From IMG/VR virus record IMGVR_UViG_3300011438_000014, positions 1 through 52,016 of that record: a stretch of 52,016 nt of DNA. The stretch is one strand, 5' to 3'. The DNA comes from a virus. Lineage: Duplodnaviria > Caudoviricetes. Position 1 is the stretch's first letter. Each line of letters opens with the position of its first letter. Both the position numbers and the translations under genes were made by a program. Positions 26,233-36,270 of the stretch are shown one piece after another. The notes under the pieces were generated by a model. The model searched no databases. It was not told the origin of the DNA and saw nothing but the letters and a program-made list of their open reading frames with translations.

Positions 26233-28946
26233 TGCCGCCTCCCCGCCCGAATGCCTGGCCCAAACTTGATGCTGGAAATAATTGATGCGGCACCACCTCC
26301 CCCTTCCGGTGCTGCATTAGTTGCCCCTGCATCCACCATCACGTTGAAGGCACTCTGATAGTTCGTGTCGAAGGTGTTCGTCTGCAACGAGCCATCCGGC
26401 AGCGTGACCTTCACGGTGTAGTCATCAAGGCGGGCAAATTGGAATGGCGCGATCCCCCATTTACTTGCACCAATCGCTGTCAGGAAATGCCAGTTCGTTG
26501 CGCGCGTCCGATTGGTGATCCAAATCGTGTCCGCAACAACAGGCTGGCTGTAGATGTCTGGCGGGTTGGTCAGCGTCTGAAACGTGATCGGATTGTAGAA
26601 CGCATTCGAGACTCGCAGCGTGGACCAGTCCTGATTCGTGCCGTTGTTCACGCGCACCAGCGCGGTTAGGTTGGTGTTAATCATGGACGCTACCACCACG
26701 CTGACCGTGCTGCCGTGGGTGTGGTTCGTGACCGTGTAGAGCACCCCGTTGCTCGTCATGATCGCGTTCGTTTCAAGGATACGCGCGAGCCACGAAAACG
26801 TCGCGTTCGTCGTCGTGGCCATCTTCGAGTAAACGATCAAATAGCCATTCGTGTTGAACAGGAAATGATGATCCATCGAAGTCAATTCCGGCAGCTTGTT
26901 CGTGTTGTAGTAGGGAGAAGCATCGTTGTAAGCCGCCGTCGGCACGATGAAGTTGCTGCGGTTGTAGGCACGCACAGTATCGCTGGCCGTGTAGATGAAC
27001 TCACCGATATTCGTAAACGCGGTGATACGCGAATACCAGTCGTGAATCGGATCGCCGATGGGCGCCTGGATGCCCAGCCCGTTCACTTCCACCATGCCGA
27101 AGTGATAGTCCGGGTGCTTCTTGTAAAAGCTCGCTCCACTGGCCGTCACGTTCGCGCCGTAAGCAGATAAAAAGAATGAGCCATCTCCCCATCCGGCGTG
27201 CTCCACGCGGCCAATGCCGGGCCGGGCCGCCGTCTCGAAGCGCACAGCGTTCGTGAACGCTCCTTCATTATCCGGTGTCGTGCCCGCCGCAATGACCCAG
27301 CCGTCGCGCAGGTTTACGTAAGCATTGGACGGCCACGGGGCGGGTGTGAAATTGGTGTTGAAATAGTAGAGGCTCGACGAATCCAGCAACGCCGATTCCT
27401 CGGCAAAGCCTGTTGCTGTTTTCTGGCGGAGATGCTGTTGCAGCACGTAAGGATTCTGCGTGAGCATTGCTGCCTGTCGCATTCGCGAATAACCCCACGT
27501 CGAGGCTTGAGAAACCCCAGGTAAATCACCCCAACGATCGCCAATCGAATGAAACAGAATCGGCTCGAAGTAGGCGAGATGCTGTGCCTCGTAGAGGACG
27601 ATGGGGCTTCGCTTGAGGTCAACCTCATCGAACTTGATCCACGCCGTTTGCAGCGCGGACAGATTACGACCACCGTAGAATACTGACTGGTCTCGATACG
27701 TTCCCTCATCCATGCGGGCGTGGTCGTGCCGGGCAATGAGGAAGTTGAGGAAGAATGGGAACGCATCACGCGCCACTTGGGAGTGAGAATACAGGAGCAT
27801 CGAGAACATCAGTCCAGACCCGATGTCCTCGCGGCTGTGACCGTCACCCTGTTTTGGGCCGCTGCCAAAGTGCATCTTGCGCTGGTTATAGGAGTAAACT
27901 CGATTCGTGTTATCCGCCAGGGCAGGATCGCGCTCATCGAGAAACCACCAATCCTGGTTCATGTAAAACAGGATGGTGTTTTCCATCGCCATCTGATTCG
28001 TAGCGCGCTGGTTGGCTGACATGTCGTTCCAGAAGAAATCCACCGACAGCGCCCACAAGTGCAACAGACCGCTGTTCATAATGTAGGCGCTCACGCGGTC
28101 GTTGCCGCGCATCGGATTGTGATACGTGCTCGACATCCACTGGCGCGCGAACAAGTCCACCAAGGCGGGAGCGTTCGACGCCAAAATGTTTGCGCGCAAA
28201 GCGGAGTCCGTGGTGAAGTTGTAAATCAGCCCGACTGTGGCGATTTCCTGAGCGTGACCGTAGAACGGCTCGCTGTTTGTGAACACGTTCGGATTCCAAA
28301 ACCATTCGTTGGTGATGACCTGGCTCACGTAGGTTTCGTAAGTGGACCACGTTCCAAGTAGCGAGTTGCCCGCCCGATACCACGCGCCCACCGCATTCGA
28401 GTTCGCGGCGTTGAACCACATGTGTGGATGGATATTAGTCAGTCGGGCCTGCACCCAGTTCGTGTCCGCCAGCATGGCGCGATTCCAGTTCGAGGCCGTG
28501 GCGCTGATGCTGAAGTGATGGACGGCGCTCGTGCTCACACTGGCCGCGCCGACTCCGTTTGATGGGTAATAAACGACGCGCCACCAACTCGTGCCGCCGT
28601 AGGTTACACCGCTCGCGTTTGTGATGGGCGGCAGGAAATTGTAGAGGTTGTTGGACGTGGTGATGTCCCAGTAGGGCGTCGTGAAGTCGGCTGATGCATT
28701 CGTCGTAAGTTGAAACTTGAACACCTTGGGCGTCTCATCAGTGCCAATCAGGTAAGGGTCTGGCGTATAGACCCAGTTGAACAACGGCGGGTTGTTCGTC
28801 GCCACCAGTCCGTCATCAGGCACGAAGCCTTGCGAAAGAATGAACTTGGCCGAGGACGGCAGCGTCAGTGCCGCTTCGCCGCCGATGCGATGCGCAGCCT
28901 GCGTCGTCATCACACTCAAAACCAAAATGTAAAGACCGCGCATCAT
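26229..28946 (-). CDS. Secreted heparinase II/III-like (DUF4962-type) polysaccharide lyase homologue
   Basis: Signal peptide; PDDG...NNPPLFNW; HPHMWF; HAGWGDGSFFLSAYG resembling HxHxDxNSFxLxAYG of oligoalginate lyase/heparinase II folds. Confidence 0.65.
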   Translation of the reverse strand: MMRGLYILVLSVMTTQAAHRIGGEAALTLPSSAKFILSQGFVPDDGLVATNNPPLFNWVYTPDPYLIGTDETPKVFKFQLTTNASADFTTPYWDITTSNNLYNFLPPITNASGVTYGGTSWWRVVYYPSNGVGAASVSTSAVHHFSISATASNWNRAMLADTNWVQARLTNIHPHMWFNAANSNAVGAWYRAGNSLLGTWSTYETYVSQVITNEWFWNPNVFTNSEPFYGHAQEIATVGLIYNFTTDSALRANILASNAPALVDLFARQWMSSTYHNPMRGNDRVSAYIMNSGLLHLWALSVDFFWNDMSANQRATNQMAMENTILFYMNQDWWFLDERDPALADNTNRVYSYNQRKMHFGSGPKQGDGHSREDIGSGLMFSMLLYSHSQVARDAFPFFLNFLIARHDHARMDEGTYRDQSVFYGGRNLSALQTAWIKFDEVDLKRSPIVLYEAQHLAYFEPILFHSIGDRWGDLPGVSQASTWGYSRMRQAAMLTQNPYVLQQHLRQKTATGFAEESALLDSSSLYYFNTNFTPAPWPSNAYVNLRDGWVIAAGTTPDNEGAFTNAVRFETAARPGIGRVEHAGWGDGSFFLSAYGANVTASGASFYKKHPDYHFGMVEVNGLGIQAPIGDPIHDWYSRITAFTNIGEFIYTASDTVRAYNRSNFIVPTAAYNDASPYYNTNKLPELTSMDHHFLFNTNGYLIVYSKMATTTNATFSWLARILETNAIMTSNGVLYTVTNHTHGSTVSVVVASMINTNLTALVRVNNGTNQDWSTLRVSNAFYNPITFQTLTNPPDIYSQPVVADTIWITNRTRATNWHFLTAIGASKWGIAPFQFARLDDYTVKVTLPDGSLQTNTFDTNYQSAFNVMVDAGATNAAPEGGGGAASIISSIKFGPGIRAGRRQ

Positions 28947-29734
28947 AAACCGCCCGGACGACAGGCGGTGCCGGAGTTGTAGAGTGCCGTCTTCTCGCCA
29001 GCGGTTAGTAATCGCTTAGTTATGAACACCTCGTCTATGAGCACATCGGCATAGCCCACCGCCGTGTCAATGCCGAGATAAAAGATGGCTGCCCCATCCA
29101 GTGGTCCGTTGGACATGGGGGCGCCAGAGACGCTCGCCGTGCCGTCATTGATCGAGATGCTACCAAGCTTATCCCCGGCGTCATACCAGCACACGACGAA
29201 ATACCAGGTGTCGTTGTTGATGGTTTCGGAGCTGGAGACATCTACCCCTCCCCCGGCCCCGGAGTCCACCACGGTGAAATTGATATTGTCGCTGGCGGTC
29301 TTCTTGATTTTATATTCGCCGGTCTTCTCGACCAGCCCCGTCCCCGCCGCCTGATCGCTCTTGGTCTTGAACCAAAATCCGATTGTGAACGTGCTACTCA
29401 CAGACACATCGGCCGTATCCGCACGTGTGAAATACTCAGCGTTGCCCGTGGTAAACTCCGCCGCGTTGGAAATTTTACCGGCCTGTGAAGTCACCGTGTT
29501 ATTGTCCGTCAGGGTGTTCGCCCCTTTACTATCCGCACGGTCACCGCTGGCTTCGTCCAGTTTCCAATATGCCTTGAGGTCGGAGTCGTTGACCGTATCG
29601 CAACCACCACCCGCAACGGGGGGAGGTTGTGGCTGTGGAGACTTTTGCACGCGCAACGCCGCCATCGGTTGCAACGAGAAGGCAATCGAGACAACAAGGC
29701 AGAGACAAAGCGCAATGGAAATAAACAGTTTCAT
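28943..29734 (-). CDS. Secreted LamG/concanavalin A-like domain protein
   Basis: Signal peptide; AYWKLDE, FTIGFW, WYFVV and IDEV...LTAGE..ALYN. Confidence 0.8.
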   Translation of the reverse strand: MKLFISIALCLCLVVSIAFSLQPMAALRVQKSPQPQPPPVAGGGCDTVNDSDLKAYWKLDEASGDRADSKGANTLTDNNTVTSQAGKISNAAEFTTGNAEYFTRADTADVSVSSTFTIGFWFKTKSDQAAGTGLVEKTGEYKIKKTASDNINFTVVDSGAGGGVDVSSSETINNDTWYFVVCWYDAGDKLGSISINDGTASVSGAPMSNGPLDGAAIFYLGIDTAVGYADVLIDEVFITKRLLTAGEKTALYNSGTACRPGGL

Positions 29735-30681
29735 CGATAATACTCCGTGATCAAAATCATACCCTGCCGCCCATTTCCACCCGCACGATTCGCGTTTGAA
29801 ATCGCCGCGGCCCCGCCACCACCAGAACCGTAGCCGGTGCCGTCACCTCCGGCAGCGGCGGTCTGGGGGGCACCTCCCCTACCAAACGGCGAGCAGCTTG
29901 CCCCGGTTCCAGAGATAGCCAGCAGAGCGCTCAGGGTGATCCCGTGACCGCCCGGATTTCCTCCCGTGGAAATGATTCCCCCTGTCGCCACCGTTGCGCC
30001 CGCGCCACCGATCCAGACTTTATTCGTAGTCACAGCCGTTGCCCCTCCCCCACCGGACCCCCCTGGTGCGGAGCAGAGATTTGTAAACGACGTGGTTCCA
30101 CCATTCGTTCCGTTGTTCGCTCCCGCTGCTCCACCGCCGCCCATCGCCCCGATTGTGCAAGTGTAAATCGAGCCAGCCGTGACAGTCATGTTGGTTTTGA
30201 AATATGCTCCACTACCACCCCCGCCGCCGCCGTAGCCTTGTGACGCGCCACCTGCCCCACCTCCACCACCCCCACCGGCACCTACTCCTTCCACTATGAT
30301 GTAGATGCAACCAGCAGGAACGGTGTAATTGCCGATGGTCAGGTTGGTGATAATTGTGTAGGTGATGTTCGTGACCGCACGAGTTCCAACAAGGTTGCTG
30401 AGGATAATATGCGACGCTTGAACGGCAGAATTATTTGTCAGAACTCCGGTGCCCACTGCGTTAGACAATACCACATTGGCAGGCTGATACACTGCGGCAT
30501 TCGTTAACACACCAGTCCCGGAGGCATTGGTTAGCACGCTCGATGACGGCTGATACCCCGACGAATTGGTCAACACCCCAGTTGCAAGAGAGTTGCTGAT
30601 AAACGTCCGGTAGTCAGCTTCTGTAGCCGCTTTCGCGGATACACCAAGCAGAATTACGATGAGTAAAGCGAGTTTTGTCAT
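29731..30681 (-). CDS. Signal-peptide protein with ~22-aa repeats and a glycine-rich tail-fibre-type C-terminal domain
   Basis: MTKLALLIVILLGVSAKA; three GVLTN..xQx repeats; YTVPAG..YIIVEGVGAGGGG...GGNGRQGMILITEY. Confidence 0.75.
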   Translation of the reverse strand: MTKLALLIVILLGVSAKAATEADYRTFISNSLATGVLTNSSGYQPSSSVLTNASGTGVLTNAAVYQPANVVLSNAVGTGVLTNNSAVQASHIILSNLVGTRAVTNITYTIITNLTIGNYTVPAGCIYIIVEGVGAGGGGGGGAGGASQGYGGGGGGSGAYFKTNMTVTAGSIYTCTIGAMGGGGAAGANNGTNGGTTSFTNLCSAPGGSGGGGATAVTTNKVWIGGAGATVATGGIISTGGNPGGHGITLSALLAISGTGASCSPFGRGGAPQTAAAGGDGTGYGSGGGGAAAISNANRAGGNGRQGMILITEYYR

Positions 30682-33600
30682 TTGAATTTGTCCACGCGAA
30701 CTCTGAATGCGGACGGTGGCAAATCAATGGCGGTGACGGCGTTGTAGTTTTCCAGAACCACGTGAACGGTGTCGTTGCTGGCGATGAACTTCAGATTGCC
30801 CCCGGTGAAAATGTTGGTCCACGCTGCGGACACCACGTCCAACTGAGCGGCCCCCGGCACGGTCCAGACAACACTGCCGACCCCACCTGCCGCCACGTTG
30901 GCCAGGTCCAGAGAGTTCGTGCTTGCGTAGAGCGTGTTGGTCTGGGTGCCGCCGATGGGAAGACTATCCGCCACCATCGCATTCGTTCTTCCCGAAACAG
31001 AGCGCACAATTATCGTGGTGGTGCCATTCGAGGCCAGCGTGGATGGCTTGCCGTTGTTCCAAATCCACGTTTCCGGCCAGCCAACAGTAACTTCATTAGT
31101 GCGGTTCACGATGTCCACCGATACGACGCGGGACGGGCCGATGTTTGAGTCCGTGAATCCAACCGCCGTCGTGCCGATGGCAATGAAGTTGGTCAGTGAA
31201 TCGCGCGCCGCGAAGTCGAGGTTCGTGGTGCTATTCGCCGGCTCCGCGATGTAGATTCCTTTGTTGGTGAAGATGCCAGTCCACTGGTTCGTGATCGGGT
31301 CGGTGATGGAAGAGCCTCCAAGCGACGATCCTTCCACCCAGCATAATTGCCCGGTGCATGAACCCGCCACGCCGTAAACCAAATTTGACAGGACTGTGAT
31401 GGGTCGCGTCAGGCCAACCGGGGTGTTGGTGGGATATAGAACGGTCATGTTGGAAACAATCTGGCCCGATTGACGGGTGAAGAAATTCCCATTGCCATTG
31501 GTGCTCGCGTAACTATCAGCAGTGGCTTGACCCGGAAACTGGGACATGCCAACGACCAAATTCCAATTCGTGACCGGCCCACCGTTGTTCACGGCCCCGG
31601 CATTGGTCTGGGTGCCGCCCACAGACAAGTTGTGTGTCACCGCCACATTCGACGGAGCCAGCGTGAGCATTTGCAAATCGGTTCGATAGAGGGCAACGAA
31701 GCGGTTGGAAACGTCGTCATACCACGCAGTTCCAGATCCATCACCCAGGAATCGCCATGAAGCAACACCGACACCGCCTGTCGTCCATCGCAAATAACCA
31801 GAACCACCCGTAGCCCTGGCGATTTCCAGAATTGTAGTCCCGACTGGATTCGTGGCTTGGATTCCGCCCCGCACCCGAAAGAGCGCATTCGTGCGGTCCC
31901 AATTCACAGTGTTGGTTCCGGCAAATACTCCTGCCTGATTGAACTGCAAATCTCCAGAATTTCCACCGGGCGTGCCAGTGCCCGTCGCCGTCAACGTGCC
32001 CGCCGTCAAATCCAGTCCTGAGCCGATGGTGGCGATGGAGAAAAGACCGCTCCCATCAATCCACGGAATGCCCTCGCTCTGTTGCGGAAAATGAATCTGG
32101 TAATCGCTGAACCCGAATTCCGCCAAGTTCACCCCATCCGCCGACTCGATAATCGTGCGCTGGTTAGAGCCGTGCAGTGTGGCATCCTGAATATAGCTCG
32201 CGCCTTCCAGTCGGCTCGCACCCAGATTTGTAAACGTGAGTCCAGCGCCGTAGCGGTTGGTGATGGGATCAACGATTGAACTGCCAGCTCCACTATCAAT
32301 GCCAGTGGAGTTGGTCACGACTTGGCTCCCATTGCCGTCGAAGATTTGCCCCGTAGCCGTGATGCGGAAGCGGGTGATGAAATTGCTATTCCCGTCAGAT
32401 TGGCCAATGCGGAAATCGTAACCAGGGCGAAAATAAACACGCATCCCCTGGGCCAAATCATCCATGCCCAGCGCCATGAAGTTCGTGCCAATCGAAGCGT
32501 CGTCATAAATCCGCACCGCGTCATTCGTCTTGGTCTGCCCGCCCAGATTCAAGCGGCCTAAATAACTCAATCTCATACTTCTAGTTCCGGCGCTCCCCAA
32601 GTAAATAGTCCCGTTTGTGAAGCTGATGAAATAACTTTCATTGCTCGCCCCGTCCCGATTCACGATTGCCCATTCTTTACCCGTGCCGGTGAATAAGCGT
32701 GGCCCGTCCGCGCCTTCGGCGATCCCGCTTGATGATTGGCCATTGTTGCGAGTGATAAGGCGTGTGCCGGTGTTATTGCCCCAGGCAAATACGCCGCTCG
32801 CGTTGGTCGCTCCTTTCAACACATTGAAATCCGTGGGCAGGTTGCGGTTGATATTATCCGTGGTGCCACCGTCCACTGAGTAAGTGCCGCTCACGTTGCC
32901 TTGCAGGAAGTTCTCCGACTGCCCGACCCAATCTCCCTGGACGTGGTAGTTCGCGATGGCCTGGCTGGCGATGGCGACGCCGTAAGTCGAGTTTGAGCGG
33001 ATGTAGAAGCCGTAAAAGTTTAGCGTCGGACCATTGCTGCCGATGTCCGCGATGTTATTGCCGTAAGCCTGAAGGCCCGGCCCGGCCGTGACGCCACGGA
33101 TTTCGCCACCGTGAAAATTCCAGATCCCTGCCCCGTCGATATACACTCCGGCGTTGGTCTGGTTCAGCCACTGGCAACCAATCAGGTCGACAATGCCAAG
33201 GAAATTGGAACTCGATTGCAAACCGACATTACCCCCCTCGAAGATGGTGTTGACGAATTTGTAATTGGCGAAGTTGCGCGTGGCTCCCCAGCCACCCAGA
33301 CCGCTGTTCTGCTGCGCCAGCCGATGCACTTTGAATCGGCTGTTGGAGACCTGCACGTTCCGGTTCTGCCCCAGATCGCTAGGCTGACCGGCGAAGCCCG
33401 CCACGAAGTCGCCATTGAAGCCGTCGATGGTCACATTCTGCGAACCGAATGTATCAATGGCGCTGCCGCCCGTGACAACGTTTGTTCCGAAGGCTTTGCA
33501 GCCAACCATATTTACGATGTCGCAGTCAGCGAACTCATGGGCATCGCCCACGTTGACGTTGAGAGGATCGGAGTAACTGCAAAAGCGTTCCTGCACGTTC

Positions 33601-34316
33601 GTCGCGCGAATGAAGAGAATGCCTTCCCCGCCGTTGAACGTGCTCAGATTCTCCGTGGTAGGATTAAGGCAGTCCGTGCAGACATAAACATTGCCGTGGC
33701 TGGAATGCGTCCCGCCGTTGATGGTCAGATTGCGCACCAGGAAGTTCTTCGCATTCTTGGCAAATACTGCCGACCCGTTACTCGCCTGAGCATAGCCACC
33801 CGTCCAGTTCGGTTGCGCATTCGTGGGACCGCCCGTAATCGTGCCGCCGCCCTCGATGGTCAGGTTGGTCGAATTGTAAACCGCGATGATGTCATTGCTC
33901 GCCGTGCCGGTGATCTGCGAGTTGGTCGCGGCTTGCAAGACCACCCCATCCGGGATCACAAAGCGAATCGGATTGCGGTTGGAAAGGATGAGCATGGCAC
34001 GATGCCCGGAATGGCCCGGGTTGGCGTATAGATTTGTCAGAAACAGCGTGCCCCGATTCGTTGACACGATGAAAGTCCCACCACCGATGGAGTCCAGATA
34101 ATTAACCCCGAATTGCAAGTTGCTGCTGTTGACGCTGTTTGTGATATGGGCACCAAATCTTTCTCCGGTCAAAACGGTCGAAAGAACCGCATTGCTCCCC
34201 AGTGCCATCCGCGCATCAATCAGCGTATTCGTGTTTTTGAGTTCGGTGCGGCTCACGGCTTGGCCGAACAGCAACAACGGAAACATCACCGACAGAAGAC
34301 AAAGAAAGTTTTTCAT
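30678..34316 (-). CDS. Signal-peptide tailspike/fibre-like protein with a pectate-lyase-like beta-helix
   Basis: MKNFLCLLSVMFPLLLFG signal; right-handed beta-helix repeats (NLTIEGGGTI, NVTIDG); fibre motif PGGNSGDLQFNQAGVFAG; duplicated GSSIxDPITN. Confidence 0.75.
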   Translation of the reverse strand: MKNFLCLLSVMFPLLLFGQAVSRTELKNTNTLIDARMALGSNAVLSTVLTGERFGAHITNSVNSSNLQFGVNYLDSIGGGTFIVSTNRGTLFLTNLYANPGHSGHRAMLILSNRNPIRFVIPDGVVLQAATNSQITGTASNDIIAVYNSTNLTIEGGGTITGGPTNAQPNWTGGYAQASNGSAVFAKNAKNFLVRNLTINGGTHSSHGNVYVCTDCLNPTTENLSTFNGGEGILFIRATNVQERFCSYSDPLNVNVGDAHEFADCDIVNMVGCKAFGTNVVTGGSAIDTFGSQNVTIDGFNGDFVAGFAGQPSDLGQNRNVQVSNSRFKVHRLAQQNSGLGGWGATRNFANYKFVNTIFEGGNVGLQSSSNFLGIVDLIGCQWLNQTNAGVYIDGAGIWNFHGGEIRGVTAGPGLQAYGNNIADIGSNGPTLNFYGFYIRSNSTYGVAIASQAIANYHVQGDWVGQSENFLQGNVSGTYSVDGGTTDNINRNLPTDFNVLKGATNASGVFAWGNNTGTRLITRNNGQSSSGIAEGADGPRLFTGTGKEWAIVNRDGASNESYFISFTNGTIYLGSAGTRSMRLSYLGRLNLGGQTKTNDAVRIYDDASIGTNFMALGMDDLAQGMRVYFRPGYDFRIGQSDGNSNFITRFRITATGQIFDGNGSQVVTNSTGIDSGAGSSIVDPITNRYGAGLTFTNLGASRLEGASYIQDATLHGSNQRTIIESADGVNLAEFGFSDYQIHFPQQSEGIPWIDGSGLFSIATIGSGLDLTAGTLTATGTGTPGGNSGDLQFNQAGVFAGTNTVNWDRTNALFRVRGGIQATNPVGTTILEIARATGGSGYLRWTTGGVGVASWRFLGDGSGTAWYDDVSNRFVALYRTDLQMLTLAPSNVAVTHNLSVGGTQTNAGAVNNGGPVTNWNLVVGMSQFPGQATADSYASTNGNGNFFTRQSGQIVSNMTVLYPTNTPVGLTRPITVLSNLVYGVAGSCTGQLCWVEGSSLGGSSITDPITNQWTGIFTNKGIYIAEPANSTTNLDFAARDSLTNFIAIGTTAVGFTDSNIGPSRVVSVDIVNRTNEVTVGWPETWIWNNGKPSTLASNGTTTIIVRSVSGRTNAMVADSLPIGGTQTNTLYASTNSLDLANVAAGGVGSVVWTVPGAAQLDVVSAAWTNIFTGGNLKFIASNDTVHVVLENYNAVTAIDLPPSAFRVRVDKFK

Positions 34317-34318
34317 AA

Positions 34319-34678
34319 TTATTCCCACACCGTCGTCGTGCCTGTGCCCGACACTTTCCACCACGTCGAACCGTCACCACCCAATGCCACTCGGCTGTGG
34401 TACACATCACCAACCGAGCCAACCTGCACTCCGTTCGGATCGAACCCGGCTCCTTGGTAATAAGTCAAGCCGGCACCACCACCGCCGCCACCACCGCTGA
34501 AGATGAGCACCCACGTACCGCTTTGGTACAAGTAGAAGTCGCCTGTCTGGGTATCGAACGCCGGCTCGTCTTCGTAACCAACACCTGTTGGGGCTCCGGC
34601 GGTGTACAATGTTTTCTGTGGAATTCCCCAAGTCGGGGGATCTGGATGATACCCAATGTGATTCAAGTCTTCGGCCAT
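34319..34678 (-). CDS. Short tail-fibre-like protein without a signal peptide
   Basis: Fibre motifs APTG...FDTQTGDFYLYQSGTW and DPNG...GDVY...WWKVSGTG. Confidence 0.65.
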   Translation of the reverse strand: MAEDLNHIGYHPDPPTWGIPQKTLYTAGAPTGVGYEDEPAFDTQTGDFYLYQSGTWVLIFSGGGGGGGAGLTYYQGAGFDPNGVQVGSVGDVYHSRVALGGDGSTWWKVSGTGTTTVWE

Positions 34679-34716
34679 TGGCGCACGCTATTCAGTTGCA
34701 CAGGGTTTGGCAACTT

Positions 34717-35211
34717 TCATTTATCGGCTACGACAGTCTTGTGATCGTGGAAATGAACATGCTGGTGCGGTGCCGGCGACCTGATGCTTGGCGCCACGCC
34801 TTCACTACTGCCCTTCTGGCCGACATGATCCATCTTCAGTGTGCGGTTCTGTTTGTCGATCGCTGTCGCCAGTTTGTGCATCGCGTTGGTGAGATCTAGC
34901 AGTCGTTTCCCTTCAGCTTTCAAGGCCTCGGTTGCGATCCTGGCCATCACTGGCAACATGAAGCTGGCGGAAATAAATGCCGATCCATTCGCGGCCGTAA
35001 CGACACCGGCGGCCGACAGATCAACTCCAACCTTCCTCAAGGTATCCATCATGTTGCCGCTCAGCGTGACAACACCGAGTTCTTTTCCGATGCGCTGAAA
35101 ATCCGCCAGGGGCACGTTGGGTGGATCTTCCTTTTCGTCCACCACGCCGACGATCACGTCTTCGACTGGCCTTGAGGGTAGTAGGTGCTGCGGTATTTGC
35201 GGTTCATTCAT
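34717..35211 (-). CDS. Hypothetical helical protein
   Basis: 164 aa from ATG 35211 (ATGA overlap with the HNH stop). Confidence 0.65.
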   Translation of the reverse strand: MNEPQIPQHLLPSRPVEDVIVGVVDEKEDPPNVPLADFQRIGKELGVVTLSGNMMDTLRKVGVDLSAAGVVTAANGSAFISASFMLPVMARIATEALKAEGKRLLDLTNAMHKLATAIDKQNRTLKMDHVGQKGSSEGVAPSIRSPAPHQHVHFHDHKTVVADK

Positions 35212-35786
35212 AAAAGAAACATCTGATCGTGTTTCGCCCACTCACGCAGCTTTTTGTCGTTCTTGCTCAAATTACACGGAGGACAGGCCACGCAAAGATT
35301 TCCGACCGTGTGTGCCCCACGTTCAGCTTGTGGGTTCCGTGGATTGATCGGAATAACGTGATCGATATGGGCGGTCTTTCCAGGAGTCCGTTCGCCACAG
35401 TAGTAGCATGTCACCCATCGCTTGCGTCGCACTGCACCAATAAACTCAGGAATACCACGCGGGTCATATTCCGCTTGCGTCATGGCAACTCGCCGCCGTT
35501 CTTTTGCACGGCGAATCTCTTCCGGGTTATGCTTACGGCGCTCGCGCTTACGCGCGTTGATGGAGTCTTTGCTTTTCTTCCACTTCTCGCGCGCATTGGT
35601 ATTGAGTTTAAGGCGGTTCCTGATTCTCCATTGACGCTTAAACTCTTTTGCCTTTTCTGGATTTTCACGCTGCCATTTGCCAGTATCGTAATCAGGATTC
35701 CTCTCGTAAAATCGCCGCGAGATAAGTTTCTTGTGAGCTTTCCATTTTTCAGGATCTTCTGTTTTCCAATTCTGCTTCGTGCTCAC
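35208..35786 (-). CDS. HNH endonuclease
   Basis: CYYCG...HIDHVIP...GAHTVGNLCVACPPCNLSK with a basic N-terminus. Confidence 0.9.
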   Translation of the reverse strand: MSTKQNWKTEDPEKWKAHKKLISRRFYERNPDYDTGKWQRENPEKAKEFKRQWRIRNRLKLNTNAREKWKKSKDSINARKRERRKHNPEEIRRAKERRRVAMTQAEYDPRGIPEFIGAVRRKRWVTCYYCGERTPGKTAHIDHVIPINPRNPQAERGAHTVGNLCVACPPCNLSKNDKKLREWAKHDQMFLL

Positions 35787-36270
35787 TCGTTGTTCCTGTT
35801 ATGCCACGGCTGAGTTGTTCCGGCCAGCCTATCCCAATCCCATCTTCAGCCACAACTCCTGCCTGAACGAAAGCCCAGCACCTTTTTGACTCCATGCTCG
35901 CTGCCCACGGCATTGAACAAAGGCACCCCAACTGCTCACGACGGCGCTCTGTCTTGAAGATGAGGTATTCCGTTTTGTGAATCGCCATCACCGACATGCG
36001 CCACGGGCCGAGCCAAGTCTTCCCGGGCATCCCGCATTGCCAGTTTTTCGCGTTGAAGATTTGACAGCGTTGACACGAACGCAGCCGACGATACGTCGTC
36101 CAGAACGACGCCCGTTTCGCGCCGGCCACGGTACGCAGCAGACTCAGACCGCGAGAAGCCAGCACGGGCAAGAAACCCGCGCGATGCCCGAGCGAACTTG
36201 CCATGACTCCGGCGAGTAGCCGTAGCCAAGCGAACGAACGGCTGAGTGACTTGCTGAAGGTACGACGCAT
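35749..36270 (-). CDS. Cys-rich putative zinc-binding protein overlapping the upstream gene
   Basis: RRLRSCQRC...CG...GCLCSM...CW pattern seen in small phage Zn-binding proteins. Confidence 0.5.
   Translation of the reverse strand: MRRTFSKSLSRSFAWLRLLAGVMASSLGHRAGFLPVLASRGLSLLRTVAGAKRASFWTTYRRLRSCQRCQIFNAKNWQCGMPGKTWLGPWRMSVMAIHKTEYLIFKTERRREQLGCLCSMPWAASMESKRCWAFVQAGVVAEDGIGIGWPEQLSRGITGTTSEHEAELENRRS

Noticed and set aside
26229-34316. Diversity-generating retroelement acting on the fibre genes
   Set aside because: No reverse transcriptase and no template/variable repeat pair was seen in the window.
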